The position numbers and the translations under genes are program-made. This document shows positions 1 to 15,560 of a stretch of DNA of 64,000 nucleotides, in pieces (position 1 is the stretch's first letter; every line of letters starts with the position of its first letter). The stretch comes from Eledone cirrhosa (Eukaryota), in contig OZ024741.1 of NCBI GenBank assembly GCA_964016885.1, forward strand, positions 386,508,001-386,572,000, given 5' to 3'. A model generated the notes under the pieces. The model was not told the origin of the DNA, made no database searches, and saw nothing but the letters and a program-made list of their open reading frames with translations.

Positions 1-230
1 ATAAAGCGGAGTCCGTCAGTGATAAAATCTGTGTTGATGCGTGTCGGTATTTCTGATGGGTGTGTGTTAAGCCAGTATTGGACTGCTGTTATTCCATAGT
101 TGTGAGGTATGTTTGTGTAGAGGTTTATTACGTCAAAGGAGACAAGAATTGTATTTGCACTTACTGTTTTAGGGAGGTGTTTCAGCATGTCAAGGTCATC
201 TCGTATGTAGCTCTGTATATGTTGTAGAAA
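1..230 (-). mobile_element. Penelope-like element reverse transcriptase fragment (runs off window start)
   Basis: Manual minus-strand translation FLQHIQSYIRDDLDMLKHLPKTVSANTILVSFDVINLYTNIPHNYG... contains the PLE RT motif LVSFDVxxLYTNIP; abuts (TA)n at 231. Confidence 0.85.
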
Positions 231-252
231 TATATATATATATATATATATA

Positions 253-426
253 TAGATGAGATTCTACAGGACTAGAACTGTTTCATTCATTAGAAATCAT
301 CAGGAATCTCTTTCTAATGAAACAGTTCTAGTCCTGTAGAATCTCATCTATATTAAAACTGTTATACTCTGCTATGTATTGAGTACCTTACTTACTGTGG
401 TTACCTCCGATTCAACCCGGAATAAC

Positions 427-427
<1 letters not shown>
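253..427. mobile_element. PLE pLTR-type fold-back element in (TA)n
   Basis: Inverted arms tagatgagattctacaggactagaactgtttcatt / aatgaaacagttctagtcctgtagaatctcatcta plus a ~75-nt unique tail; (TA)n on both sides; related copy at 20282-20500. Confidence 0.75.
258..310 (-). ncRNA. Type I hammerhead ribozyme
   Basis: Minus strand reads gagauuc-CUGAUGA-uuucuaaugaau-GAAA-CAG uucuaguc CUG-UA-gaaucuc: 7-bp stem I, intact core, stem III, GUA cleavage triplet. Confidence 0.8.
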
Positions 428-508
<81 letters not shown>

Positions 509-558
509 TAGGCCGAATTACTTGCACACCGCCAGAGATTCGATTTTACTAAGCTTCC

Positions 559-679
<121 letters not shown>

Positions 680-769
680 CAGTAGAAATTGTTTTGGTAA
701 AAACAGGAGCAAGCAGGAGAAAGCTCTCTACATTCGTAGTTTGTAGTTACGATGGAGATTCAGTATAAG

Positions 770-1200
770 AATAACATTAAGAAAGATGCTGATGTTACAT
801 AAATCATTTATTCATAATAATTATTTCAACGGTTCTCTTATGCAAACCAAGATGTAATTTATGCATTTGCTGTTGCTATGAGAACGTTATCTACAGATTA
901 AAAATCCGATTTTGTGATATGCCGCAGGCAAAAAATACGTCCTTCTACTCGTGCGCCCAGCTGACATATGGTAGGAACCTCATCTATGATATGAAATTAT
1001 CTCTGTCAGCCGGGCACACAAGTAGAAGGACATATTTTTTGCCTGCAGCATATCACAAAATTGGATTTTCATCTGAAGATACCGTTCTCATAACCACAGC
1101 AAATGCATAAATTACATCTTGGTTTGCAAAAGAGAACGGTTGAAATAATTATTATGAATAAATGATTTATGTAACATCAGCGTCTTTCTTAATGTTATTC
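770..1200. mobile_element. ~200-bp-arm inverted repeat (fold-back PLE pLTR relic)
   Basis: ~770-965 is the reverse complement of ~1005-1200 with scattered mismatches; right end abuts (TA)n. Confidence 0.8.
1068..1158 (+). ncRNA. Type I hammerhead ribozyme with long stem II
   Basis: uucau-CUGAAGA(1073-1079)-u accguucuc...gagaacggu u-GAAA(1142-1145)-UAAUUA-UU-augaa; palindromic stem III AUAAUUAU. Confidence 0.7.
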
Positions 1201-1213
1201 ATATATATATATA

Positions 1214-1402
1214 TAACGAAGGAGGTGTGGTAAGGAACCAGATGGACCATAACACACCAGAATACTCAATACTTAGAGTAGTAGAGTGGGTAATAGGAAA
1301 ATGTTTGACCCGACGGCAGAGTTCAAGCCGTTTCGACGGGTATTTCTAGTCAGAAATAGCCGTCGAAATGGCTTGAGCTCTGCCGTCGGCGTCAAACATT
1401 TT

Positions 1403-1406
<4 letters not shown>
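1214..1406 (-). mobile_element. Family-A fold-back element (half-HHR palindrome + tail)
   Basis: Tail ggtaaggaaccagatggaccataac...gtagtagagtgggtaataggaaaa plus a palindrome around GAAACGGC..GCCGTC; flanked by (TA)n. Confidence 0.8.
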
Positions 1407-1493
<87 letters not shown>

Positions 1494-2596
1494 GTGTGTG
1501 TGTGGTAATATTGGGGTTTTCCAATATGGGTCCTGGTAAAGATGAGAGAAGCCCTATGCTAACTAGTTTCCTTGATACAGAAGTAATATCGGCTGAGGAT
1601 GTTCTCAGCCGTTGTAGATTCTGCTGTAGACTGTTAGGCTACGGGCTGCAGAGCTCAAAATTTATAAATGGAGAGAGAATAACCAAGTTATACTTAAAAC
1701 ATAATTTTAATTCTACATATCTTTCAATGCATAGTGGCGGGCCATACCACGAAATATACGAGGTGTCTGTCGCTCTACATATCTTCAGGAATTTATATAT
1801 TGTTAGAAGGTTCAAGAGTAATACATAAAAGAGATAACTTCATACCATATCAATTAAGATATTGTAAGTTACAAGCATATTTAAAGCAGTAGCGGTATTA
1901 AAGACAGTATATCTAAATGTAGTACTTCTGTGCATACGTACATTAATAGACATATGCTTAAAATTACAAGAGATTTTTAGTGTGCATATTGACGCGCCTG
2001 AATGTGGGGTTGTAATCACTACAGAAAGAGCCCTTAATATGTAAACACACACACACACACGCACACACACACACATTCACATGGAATAATAAGTTTCTCT
2101 ACAATTGGCTTAATAATTAGAGACAAAGACAAACGCAGTGTAACAACACATGCGTGCACACTTATTATTTCCATTAAAAATAACGGAAGCAATTAAATTT
2201 CTGTCTAATTTTCAACTTGTATACTTTTAATTATCGAGTCGTTCTCACGACAAACAGGATTAACAAAATAAATGAACTGAACTGGAAATACAGCGAAAAT
2301 TGTATCTCACATCAAAATAGTAATTATCTACTAAATTATGTACACTGAATTCCCGGAATTAATTTAGCAGTTTTTTTTTTATAATGAACTGGAAATGATT
2401 TGCTATTTGTGTTTACACACACCAAACTAACAGAAGAGATAAGGAGATTTGGCTACTATTTCTGGCAGGTCTAACTTCCACAAAGACGACCACTTCGTTG
2501 GCTCTTATAAAAAACAAAACATATATATATATATGTGTGTATGGGGGTGGGAGTGGGGGGTGATGGTGTGTGTGTGTGGGGGGATATATATACAAA

Positions 2597-2629
<33 letters not shown>

Positions 2630-2630
2630 T

Positions 2631-2923
<293 letters not shown>

Positions 2924-2968
2924 CGTTTTTTGAAATATTCACTTCTGAGTTCACAGATTGACTTTGTT

Positions 2969-3019
2969 AGTTTCAGAAGATCCTGTTAAGGGTGAAAACA
3001 CCGATTCTTTGCTTAAACT
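2969..3019 (+). ncRNA. Hammerhead-like motif with CAGAAGA core (pLTR fragment)
   Basis: aguuu-CAGAAGA-uccuguuaagggu-GAAA...UGCUU-aaacu; near-identical copy at 18937-18987. Confidence 0.45.
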
Positions 3020-3130
3020 TTAATCTGTTATTTTAATAAATATTTGCTCTACGGTTCTTATATATTTTATATATATTTTTTCCTTATCGAGCCCTCTTTG
3101 GATTTTAGTCTTCAAATTTATTATTATTGC

Positions 3131-3161
<31 letters not shown>

Positions 3162-3237
3162 ATATATATATATATATATAATTATAAAATGTGAAAATGT
3201 GGAGAAGGAGCACACGAGTTGGAATATATATATATAT

Positions 3238-3664
3238 GTGTAAATAGGGAGAATAAGACGATTATTAGGAAGAAAAATATATTTTATTCCTTTTTATTTT
3301 TTCTCTTTTTTCTGGGTTAGAAAATGTTTAAAACAAAATATTTTAATATTTTACTTTGTGTGAAGTGTTAAGGTATTAGTTAATTTATTTATTAATTAAT
3401 AATGGCATTTATTTATTTATATATTTAATAATTGTCTATTACCGGTTTCAGCATTTTATTTATGCATTGACAAAGGGGGGAATTTGTATTGGTATAAAAT
3501 ATTGGAAAGAAAATAATGTGATGTCGAACATGTTAAGGAAATGGGAAAGAAAGAATATTATTTACAAACAAGGTTTTTGACGTAAAAATAAAAAAAGAGA
3601 AAAAAATAAAAGGAAAAAGAAATATTTTTCTTCCTAATAATCGTCTTTTTCTCCCTATTTACAC
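3238..3664. mobile_element. Fold-back element with terminal inverted arms in (TA)n
   Basis: gtgtaaatagggagaataagacgattattaggaagaaaaata / tatttttcttcctaataatcgtctttttctccctatttacac; internal taccggtttc is GAAACCGGTA on the minus strand. Confidence 0.65.
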
Positions 3665-3672
3665 CCCCCCCC

Positions 3673-4266
<594 letters not shown>

Positions 4267-4889
4267 TATATATATATATAAATATATATACAAATTTTAG
4301 TACAGCATTAACGAAGCTTTAGGCTGCGGCTAAGCTAACGAATGCAGATTCTGAATGTAGATTTAGCACTCGATGGAGAATAATACCCCAGAGTTATAAC
4401 AATACGTTTAGACAGCTTTGCAAATCAAATATAGCGACCGGCAGCCCAGCCGCATTGCCATAGTAACGAAAAAGACTGAACTCAGGGAAAGATTTTGACT
4501 GACCTGGACCATCGTGCGGAGATCGAATGCAATACATATCGTATAGCATACAATATACATCACATACAACATACAACATCCACGTTAGGTTTCTGTAAAT
4601 CCGAGATCGACTAATTCCGCTTGCAGGGGTCTACAAGTTAATGGCCTTTGACGACAGAACAAAGGATTTACTTCGTCAACAAGTCTTGCGTTCTATAGCC
4701 TCAGCGGGTGTGTTCTAGCAGTAAATTTCGCTATAGACACGTGGTTTTCTCAAAGGGAGGTAACTCCCGTTTTGGCGGTGAATTCGAAATTTGGGACAAA
4801 GGAATGAAATTCCCTTAGACAAACCGAATTAAACACTCAACGAGAAGTTATCAAACAAACATAAACAATTAATCAATATATATATATAT

Positions 4890-6083
4890 CATCACCATCA
4901 TCGTCATCATCATTTTACGCCCGCTTTTCCCTGCTTTCAAGGGTGGGACGGGTCCTTTTCAGCACAGCATCTCTCCATTCGTCACAATCCTTCGTCATTT
5001 CCTCCGTGAGTTTCAGCGATCTGGGGTCAGCTCTCACCACCCCCGCCCATGATTTTCGTGGTCTTCCTCTACTGACTCTTACTTCCACTGGGATTTCTTT
5101 ACGCGGCGGTCATCCTCCATGCGCATTACATGTCCATATCAACGCAGTCTTCTCTCCCGCAACACTACAACTTATCCCTCTCATACACAGTTTCTCTCTC
5201 AACTCGTCTATGCTTGGTCGTTTACACACGTTGACATTGCACATCCATCGGAGCATGCTTGCTTCATTTCTCTCCAGTCGTATCATATCCTCTGCAGTTG
5301 CTGCATGTCTCACTACCATGCATTATCGCGCATCTCAGACAGGCATCATATAACCAGCTTTTCGTTTGTACGGAGAAACCTTTCTTTGTCAATAGAAGAA
5401 GCAGCTCCGTAAACTTCTTCCAACCCATCCCTATTCTAGATACTATGGCCTCGGAGCACCTCCCCCCTTGCTAATCTGATCACCTAGGTACCAGAAGCTA
5501 TCAACCACCTCTATAGATCTTACCTGCATTTGAAAAATGTGTTTATCACTGCCACTTCGTATTGTCAAATTTTCATGAACATCTGCTGCATACGTAGTTT
5601 TCTCTACCTCTTAATTTGCTCGCTATCCCACTACACTTCTTATGTACTCAAGATCTGCATTGCGTACATTTTATAGAATTTATGCCAGTTCCTCTTCTAC
5701 ATATCAAACATGGCCATTTCCCTGATGGAATCAGAGTTTCACTCTTAGTCCTCTTGATTCCAACTGCTGTTTCCACTGCCAGAATTTATTCTCTAGCTCC
5801 TCTGCTGATTCTTCTATAAATACCAGATTGTTAGCATAGAGAAGTTCCCATGGGCCCCCAGTCTTAAACTCCTCTGTTATGGCTTGGAGAACTATAATGA
5901 ATAAGAGTAGGCTGAGGAACGAACCCTGATGCACTCCTACTTGTATTTGGAATTCCTCACTAAACTCCATTCCTACTCTCACTTTACTGACAGCACCTCT
6001 GCACATAGCTTGCACTGTCCTCACAAGCCATTCCTCTACACCTAGTTTCCTTATGGACCACCAGATGATAGATCGGGGTACCT
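4890..6083 (-). mobile_element. 5'-truncated degenerate RTE-clade LINE
   Basis: ORF fragments VGVHQGSFLSLLLFIIVL, PWELLYAN, LERNEASMLRWMCNV; 3' end followed by a (GAT)n-like tail at ~4890-4912. Confidence 0.85.
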
Positions 6084-6368
6084 CATAGTAAGTATAGTGG
6101 TTTATTCTCTAAGAACCGCTCGTGTAGTTGTCTCACTAAGAAGAGGGCATCTGTTGTACTTTATATATATATAAGAGAGTGTTAAAATTTGCTTGAAGCA
6201 TTGTGGAATATGAAAAAAAATAGTCGTTTTGGAAGCCTCAACAATGCAGATGGGTAAATCTCTGGGTAATAAAATCAGGTGGTATTGAGAGAGAGAGATG
6301 TAAGAGGAAGCGTAGAAAAAGACGTAAAAGAACGTAGGAAAAGTGTAAAAAATAATAAGAAGAGATAG

Positions 6369-6424
<56 letters not shown>

Positions 6425-6619
6425 TATATAAAACATATGGTAAACTGGCATATACTTTCCTAGTTACTCGGAATTTTCCGAAGTAAGCTGTTGTTTTTGA
6501 TGTTTCGTCTGACATTAGAAAGTCAAAGGGCATATACCTAAGAAGGTATATGCCAGTTTGCCATGTATTTTACATAATCTAAAATAATAATATATATATC
6601 CTACACAGGTAAAAATATA

Positions 6620-6756
6620 AGAAAAAGAAGTTGAAAATTAAAGTGGAGTCTTTAAGATTTATTTACAATAACTTTACCGGTTTCACAGTTTCACAAAACC
6701 GGTAAAGTTATTGTAAATAAATATTAAAGACTCAAATTATATTTTAAACTTCTTTT

Positions 6757-6758
<2 letters not shown>
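6620..6758. mobile_element. Short palindrome centred on half-HHR GAAACCGGUA
   Basis: gagtctttaagatttatttacaataactttaccggtttc..aaaaccggtaaagttattgtaaataaatattaaagactc, next to (TA)n. Confidence 0.65.
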
Positions 6759-6804
<46 letters not shown>

Positions 6805-7350
6805 TTAAATAAAATTCTCATACGGGCGTTGAGTAACATAATCAATATATACTTTTTCTATATAGAGATATTAAACCTAATTATAGTGTATAACTACTCC
6901 AAATTTTAATTTTGTAGAGTTCCCTTCTGTAATACATTAATTTTTGGCACCATGTACTTTTATTTTGAGCGTCTTCCTTAGACCGATTGCTAGTTAGTGT
7001 ACAATATGAGATTTATATAGAAAAGACCCAAAGCTGTCTCTGACCAATGGAAATGTTCCGTGGTCTTGATGTTTATTACAAAAGTCGATAATTGGTGATT
7101 AATGCCAATTATTAAAATCGATTATAAACATCGTATTCTTGATTTCCATGAAACAGTCGTATGAGAAGTTTTTATTATATTTAAGTGTGTACATTTATTA
7201 TTTGTTGGTGTATATATATGTACATAATACTAATTTTGTTTCTCGACTTTATATACAAAAAAGATTTTTTCATATACCCTTTTTTTAACTTTGTAAACAT
7301 TTTGCTCTGCGTTTAATGTTTATTGAGCTGTCTGTGTTGAGTAGCATAAT

Positions 7351-7383
<33 letters not shown>

Positions 7384-7502
7384 TAGATAAATATACACGG
7401 GTGTGTATATATATATAAGCAAAGAGGTATTTAATTTGTTGGTAATTCAACAAATTTATTTATAACAGATTCGAAGCACTCAACAAGTTTCCTGGAGTAT
7501 AA

Positions 7503-8146
<644 letters not shown>

Positions 8147-8149
8147 GTA

Positions 8150-10742
8150 TTCATTGAGGGCTCACTCCTCAAGCAGGTCGCCGTCTTTCCAATTTTATGG
8201 AGATCAGCAATGCGGGAACCAAAGACACCAGAAGTCTCACCGGTGACCGATACAAAAATAAAGCTGTCAGTCAGGCTCCGGTATTTAATTATCTTGCTCT
8301 TCTCAGTATTACGGGCAGTGGAGCCAGGGTTTTACCCTCTTCGATATATACTCATATTCCGCCCCGAGGAACATGCAAATATATTTCCCTTTCTGATGTG
8401 AATCTTTCCTTGGTTAATAATTTCTTTAAATTCGTTGTTTGGCGTCAGCTGTAAATTGTGGGTGAGGCTTTCAGTTCATCTATTTTGAGTAACTGTTGGA
8501 AAATCGGGAGTTATATTTTAGCAGCTCTCAGAATATCGTAGTTCCTTGAACTAAGAGTGAAAACAAAGGGAATAATCGCTTATTCGTTTTTAATTTCTTC
8601 GTCGCTTAGTGGTTAAAGAGTTGGCAAGGTTGTGACTTCGATTTCCGGAGCGGGCGATGTATCCATGTCCTTGAGCTCTTGCTCAAGGGCATAACTTGTC
8701 GTCCTTTATTTCAGGCTGTTTTTTTCTGCCAGAAGTTGCGACCGGTAGATAAAGCAAAAACAAACAAGCAATGGAAATATTGTTTCCTTGGTCCGATTTG
8801 ACGTATTCTACCTCACTTGGTAAGTGAATGAGGTCTTGGATATTGCCCCCCCCCCCACTTCTTGTTTTCTTCTGAGTTTTTTAATATGAATGTTTTGGTC
8901 CTTGGAAATGACCATATTAATAAAGTTCATAAGGTATTTTTATATTTTAAGAAACCCTTTTAGTCATCATAATTTGTTGTTCTCGTAATGTTCTGACTGC
9001 TACTGTGGAGCAAATAAGTCTTGCTTTTCGTATGTTAGGGGTGGGAAGAAAGAAAATTCAAATATTGGTGTGTATCTGTTTGCTTGGAGATCTGTTTTAA
9101 TATTAACTTTGATAATTAGGATGTCCAAAAAGACTTCTTTTATAGCTATTGTGAATGTTATTGATTCATGTAGTCTATTTCAAAGGTAATGGAATATTTC
9201 CAGATAGTTTTGATATCGTTTCCAGTTATTCCTTATACATATGGCAAAATCAGATGGGAATATAGTTTTTCTTCTTAGAGGCCCATTACGAGCGTTGCAT
9301 AAGTTGAGACTACCTTTGTGTCCGTGGCTGTCGCTTTTATTTATAAATAAAAACTTTTAAAAAAAAAAAAATTTTAAATGGTTATTCTCCAGTACTAACT
9401 TTTAGTCCTAAAATACAATCTTTTGGAAATCTCTCTGGGATGTGATCTGGCTGTTTTACCATCCAGAAGTTTACAACTGCAATTCATAAATTATGTGTGA
9501 TATTTATGTGTACACTTGTTACATCAAAGCTAACTAAAACCGTTTATTGATGTGTGTGTGTGTGTGTGGGGGGGGGGGGTTTAAGAAGCCCACATCATCT
9601 CTTTGTCAGGAGTTGCGACCGATGTAGATAATACCAGTAATGGAAAGACCAATGGAAATATTTCCTTGCTCCGATTTGACGAGTTTCCCCACACTCCGTA
9701 AGCGTGTAATTAGGTATGGCATCCTGTCAATCGAACTCTATGCTATATATCATCTCTGATGAAGCTTCATACTTTTTTACATAATGGATTTAGTATCATA
9801 TTTTATTAGCTGTTCAGGCGGTGTGCTTGGTGCTGGGCTGGCAACGATTGGCACGTAGTTTTTTAAATCTTTGGTCTCGGTATTTCGACTATGTTGTCTG
9901 TTTTCCTTTTATGTTGTTTTTGATTTGTCGCAATTTAATCCTTAAAAATTGCTGGTCTTCACTTTAAAGCTGGTTAAATAATTGACATCATTCTGTATAA
10001 GGTAACTTGGTATTTTGAAGTAAGTTTACATACTTAGATCATTGCTTTTTCTCCTCCCCTTTGTTTAGTTTCTTGTAATTGTTTTAAAGCCATATCTTTG
10101 AAGTGATTTTTGTCCATAATTATGATTGGACCGCCCTTGACAGTTTCTTTGATAATTATCGAGGAGACTTTGCGCAAGTTATTTACTGCTAGTAGCTAGT
10201 CATTAAGTATGTTAGATTATAATTCATCTCTGCAATATCAGATTGTGCTGGTCTTCGTAGGCAGGTTTGTCTTTATTTACCGGAGGTTTGAAACTCTTAT
10301 AGTATTTCACTAGTGGATCATATTCTATATTCCGGAAGAATTCTCTCAATCGTAATTTTTGACAATATTCTTCTGTGTTTTTTATTAAGGCCGGCTTAGT
10401 TAGATTTCGGAGACGTTTTTAGACGTTTTTAGATTGCGTTAATCGGGAGTTTGGGCTTCTTTGGTAACTAGACGATTTTTGTTACGTGAAAGTTCTTCAT
10501 TTCTTTTTGTACCTGAGATTTTATTATGGGTTTGGTCTTAATGTTTTATTTGTTCTCTCCCATATTTAAAAAAATATTTTTGAAGCCATAGTGTTTTTAC
10601 TCCAAAATCTTTTTTGGTTTAAATTTCTCCCTAATAGTGTCATTTTTTCACAAATGAAGAAGCTTTTCAGGAATGTTACCGCCATTTCTTGTGTTGTTTT
10701 TAGGTGGACCATCAGAGTACTTGGGGTAGTAGAGTGGGTAAT
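8150..10742 (-). mobile_element. Highly degenerate Penelope-like element
   Basis: Minus-strand relics IIIKETVKGGPIIIMD (DKG box, ~10110-10160), VLVSFDVTSVHINI (~9497-9540), FLDILIIK (~9110-9135); family-A tail fragment at its 5' end (10702-10742). Confidence 0.7.
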
Positions 10743-11632
10743 ATATATATAGGTATATGATATATATATATTGGTATATGAGATATTGTTTTCGGTTTCT
10801 CTAGTTCAGGGTTAGAGTAACCTATAACGAGGACTTTTTCAGCATACAGTGGTGGTTGAAACAACATGAGGTTTACTTCAGTAGGTCGATCGTAGGATTA
10901 CCCTTTGATAGTTCCATAATCAATAATGCTTGGAGTAGTTACAAATAGATAAAAAGAGATTAACACAGATAAGAGATACAATGGGTTTATTTCTTGTATT
11001 TACATATGTTTCATTGCCTAGTTGTTTTCTGCCTTGAAATCACTATTCTCAATTACCAATCGTGAAAAATCGAATTCAAATACAGAGGAATATATTACAA
11101 CATTACTGGCAAATTTTCAAAACAGAGTGGCGATCTCTGTCAAAGTAGACCTTATAAATATATACATATACACACATATATATACACCCAAGGGAGGATG
11201 AGGAAGATAAAAAATAATAGGAGAAAGGAAGGAGCAGAGGAAGGAGAAGAATGCGGAAGAGGAGATCATGGGTGTAAAGAGTTAAAAGTTTTTGATGGGT
11301 GTGGAAAGCCATAGTCAGTGGTGTTTGCCGTTGATTGGTCAAAAGTGTTTGGCTTTCCCGACCTGTCATTAGCGGTTCAAATTGTTTGTTGTGTATTCGG
11401 GTTCACGAATATCAATTTATGGCTGCCTTAAAATGTTTATAGATGAGGGGAAGTTATTGTTTTTGATAAGACTTGGTTTATTGTCTATTACCGGCGTCAA
11501 ACTTGCAAAGTAGGTAGTGTGTTACGTTTGTTGTTAGAAATTATGGTAGGGTTATGTGTATCATTATGTTTGGATATGCACAAGTTGAGTTTTTTTTATG
11601 TACGCATCACGATTCATCATCGTTGAGTACTC

Positions 11633-11686
<54 letters not shown>

Positions 11687-12578
11687 GAGTATAACCGAAG
11701 TTGCAGCTGCTCTATAGCAGATGTCAATCGAATTGTAAGAGGCAGTCACGAAGCACTCAATGAGTGAGGAATTGATATATTGCCACCCAGGGCGAATACA
11801 AAATGTTAAAGAATTGTGACGCCAAGAATAAGGGGAGCAGAAACATGTTGCCACCTAGCTATGTGTGATTACACACTTTTAAAATTATCCCCTGTGATTG
11901 TCTCATGTGTTTATTTTAAATATATATATATGTCAATCAATTTCTAGTTGATATATATATATATATATATATATATAAGTGGGCGAAGAAGAAGAGAAGA
12001 GAAGATAGATATATATATATAGAGAGAGAGAGCTTTTATTCGGAAAGTTGAGCGGAATTGTTTTCCTTTGTTAACACTTTGAATTTACCCACCAAAAACC
12101 GGAGGTTGCTTCCCTTGTTGGAAATAACACGTGACAACGAAATGACGGAAGGCTGTCTATTGTGGCAGTCGCATTGAGTTACAGTTCACACCGGTTGGCG
12201 GCAAAGAACGAAATACATGTCGATGAAGTGAGTCCCCTGTTCGATCATGGAATACCACAAGCTTACGTGTTACGTAAGTAGGATTGATGATTTCGGGTTT
12301 CATAGAAACATATCGGACGTATTGCAGAATATCGTTCGATTTGTCCAGGTCTGTTGTCTAACCTGATTAGTTTTTTCGTTGTTTTGGTATTGTATGGTTG
12401 GGTTTTGCCTGCCGCAATTTTCAATTTGTCAAGCTATCTAAACGTAATGTTATTACTCTGAGGATCTACCCTTATTGAGTGCTTTGCTACTCATTCCTAA
12501 TTGTAGGTCGACTTTGCTTGGCCACAGCCAAAGCTTAGATTTTACTAAGCTTCCACTTGTATATATATATATATATAT

Positions 12579-12783
12579 CGGAAAAGAGTCAGGACCCCGA
12601 CGGCTGAGCTCCGGTCGTTTCGACAGCTAGATCCGTACCTAGCTGTCGAAACAGCCGGAGCTCAACCGTCGGTGTCCTGACTCTTTTCCTATTACCCACT
12701 CTAGTAAGTATTACCCAGTCTACTACCCTATCGAGTAGTCTGGTGCGTTATGGTCCACCTGGTTTCTTACCACACCATCTTTG

Positions 12784-12785
<2 letters not shown>
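12579..12785 (+). mobile_element. Family-A fold-back element
   Basis: Palindrome 12579-12690 followed by tail attacccactcta...ggtccacctggtttcttaccacaccatctttgtt and (TA)n. Confidence 0.75.
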
Positions 12786-12852
<67 letters not shown>

Positions 12853-12855
<3 letters not shown>

Positions 12856-15484
12856 CCAAAAAAGTAACAAAACGTCCAACATACCCCCAGCAAAACTATA
12901 ACGATAATCCCAGAACCCATAGACAAAACTATAACCCTACTAACAAAAACCGAAGATCCCCCAACACAAGACAGGACCCGATCCGCAGATCACAACCCAC
13001 ACAAAACCTATTCCAGAACCGTAGACCCCTGCCCACACAGAGCCTGTTCCAAAATCGTAGATCCCAACCCACACAAAGGAACAAAATCTACAACCCGGAA
13101 TATCAACAATCCGAGCCTCAATACGTCCGAAATTTCTATACAAGACCACACAACAACAGGGGAAATGCCATTAGATATAATAATACCATTGAAAAAACAT
13201 TCTAGAAAATTCATTTTTTAGACCAAGGCTACAGGACCCACGACACCCGGTGGCACAAACCGAAAATAATCAACCTTTCAAATACAAACCTCTCAGCCCA
13301 ACAAGTAAACATTCTCTCCAAAGGACTGAAATTCACACCAACACCACAATACTCTAACCTCAATGAGATAAATGACAATATCTCACACTTCTGTAGAAAA
13401 TTACGTCTCACAGAGGAATTCTTTGACAAGGAGAATAACGACCAATCAATTGTACAGAATAAAAGCAGCTACAACCCAACAAAAGGTAGAAACAGAGTTC
13501 TGGACAAATTTTGTGACCACATAGCCACTTTCCCATACCATGAACTACCGTAACCTAAACCCAAACCCAACACGAGTCGAAGGGAATGGTAGATTATCCA
13601 TGAACTAAAAAACAATACGGACATTATAATTAAGGAAGCGGACAAGGGAAGTACTGTTGTCATTATGGATGCTGAAAAATATAAAAATTCTATGCTCTCT
13701 CTCTTACAAAATACTAATTACTATGAAAGAGTAAAAAACTACCAGCAATCAAACACAATGACCAGATTAGACACACTGATTTGTCGATACCAGGAAGACT
13801 TAACTAAAAAGGAACGCGATTATTTAGCACATTTTGAATACAAAACAAGCAACCTTTACGGACTTCCGAAGATACACAAGTGTAAAATAATTAACGATGC
13901 CTGTAAGCAATCCAGATATATGAACAGTCCAAATCAAAATACGGATTCAACTTCCACAAATATTTATCAGAGAATTGGAAACGCTACTTAGATGATTGTC
14001 TCATTCTTTGGCCCCACACACTCGACCAACTGAATGATTTCAAAAATTTAATAAACGGCATCAATAACCGCATCCAATTCACAATGGAATACAGCCAAGA
14101 TCAACTCCCCTTTCTCGACATCTTAATCTTAAAAAAAGACACAAATATTGAAACTGACATACACTACAAACCAACAGATTCCAAACAATACTTGCTATTC
14201 ACCTCCAACCATCCAAAGCACACGAAGACAAACATTCCTTTTAACCTAGCAAGAAGAATTTTCACAATTGTCTCCAATTATGAAACGCGAAATAAAAGAC
14301 TTCAAGAATTAAAGGAAATTCTACTCGAAAGACAGTACCCACCATTACTAATAAATAATGGAATAGAAAGGGCTAAAGCAATAGGCACTGATGAATTACG
14401 AAAACAGAAACAAATTCAAGGTACGTCCAATATTCTATCATATATCTCAACACACAACCCAAGAAATACGGAAGCTTTCAACACTGTTCACAAGAACATC
14501 CCACTACTGAAACAATACCCAAGAATGAAAAAAGCCCTTGAAACACACAAAATACTCAAAAGCAAAAGACAACCGAAATCACTGAAAACATTACTCACCA
14601 ATGCCAAATTACTTACTACAAACCCACAACCAACTGTCAAAAAATGTGGTCGCTCTAATTGTGGAACCTCACTCACCCCATTGAAGGCAACACGTATACA
14701 TTTAAATCAGGACAAAATTTTACTGTAAAAAATCACTTCACTTGCACATCAAAAAATCTAATTTATGCCATTAAAATGTAAAGGATTCATGAAGATTATA
14801 TAGGACAAACTAAACTCACATTCAGAAATAGAATGATAGTTCATCGCCAACAATTACGAGATCCAACCACGAGACAGATACCACTAAGCGCATATCTAGA
14901 CATTTGCGCAAGTAATAAGACACCAACATTTCAAGTCTTCCCATTTTACCTTTGCGCTGACAATACAACAGAACAAATACGAATAAATAAGGAAAATATG
15001 TTTATTCAAAAATATCGACCGGCATTAAATATGGTTTAATATACATTATGTCAATACCATAACATGCTAACCATCCAAACAGACACATACACACACACAT
15101 AACACCTCTAGTTAGAAAATAAAAACCCGAACTAAATAAACCTTAACATACGTTTGCGCTGACAATACAACAGAACAAATACGAATAAGTAAGGAAAATA
15201 TGTTCATTCAAAATTCCTACTAACGGAATCATCCCCCCCCCCCCCACACAAAATATATATATATTCTCTTCATCTTAACATGCTAACCATACTCCCACAC
15301 ACACATAACACCCCCCCCACACACACACAACTCTCTCCCCCATTTCTACTAATAGAATCACTTTCCTACACACACACAAAATATATATATTCTCTCCATC
15401 TTAACATACTCCTACACACACACACATGACACCCATATACACACACACAACTCCCTCCACCATTTCTACCAATAGAATCATCTT

Positions 15485-15560
<76 letters not shown>

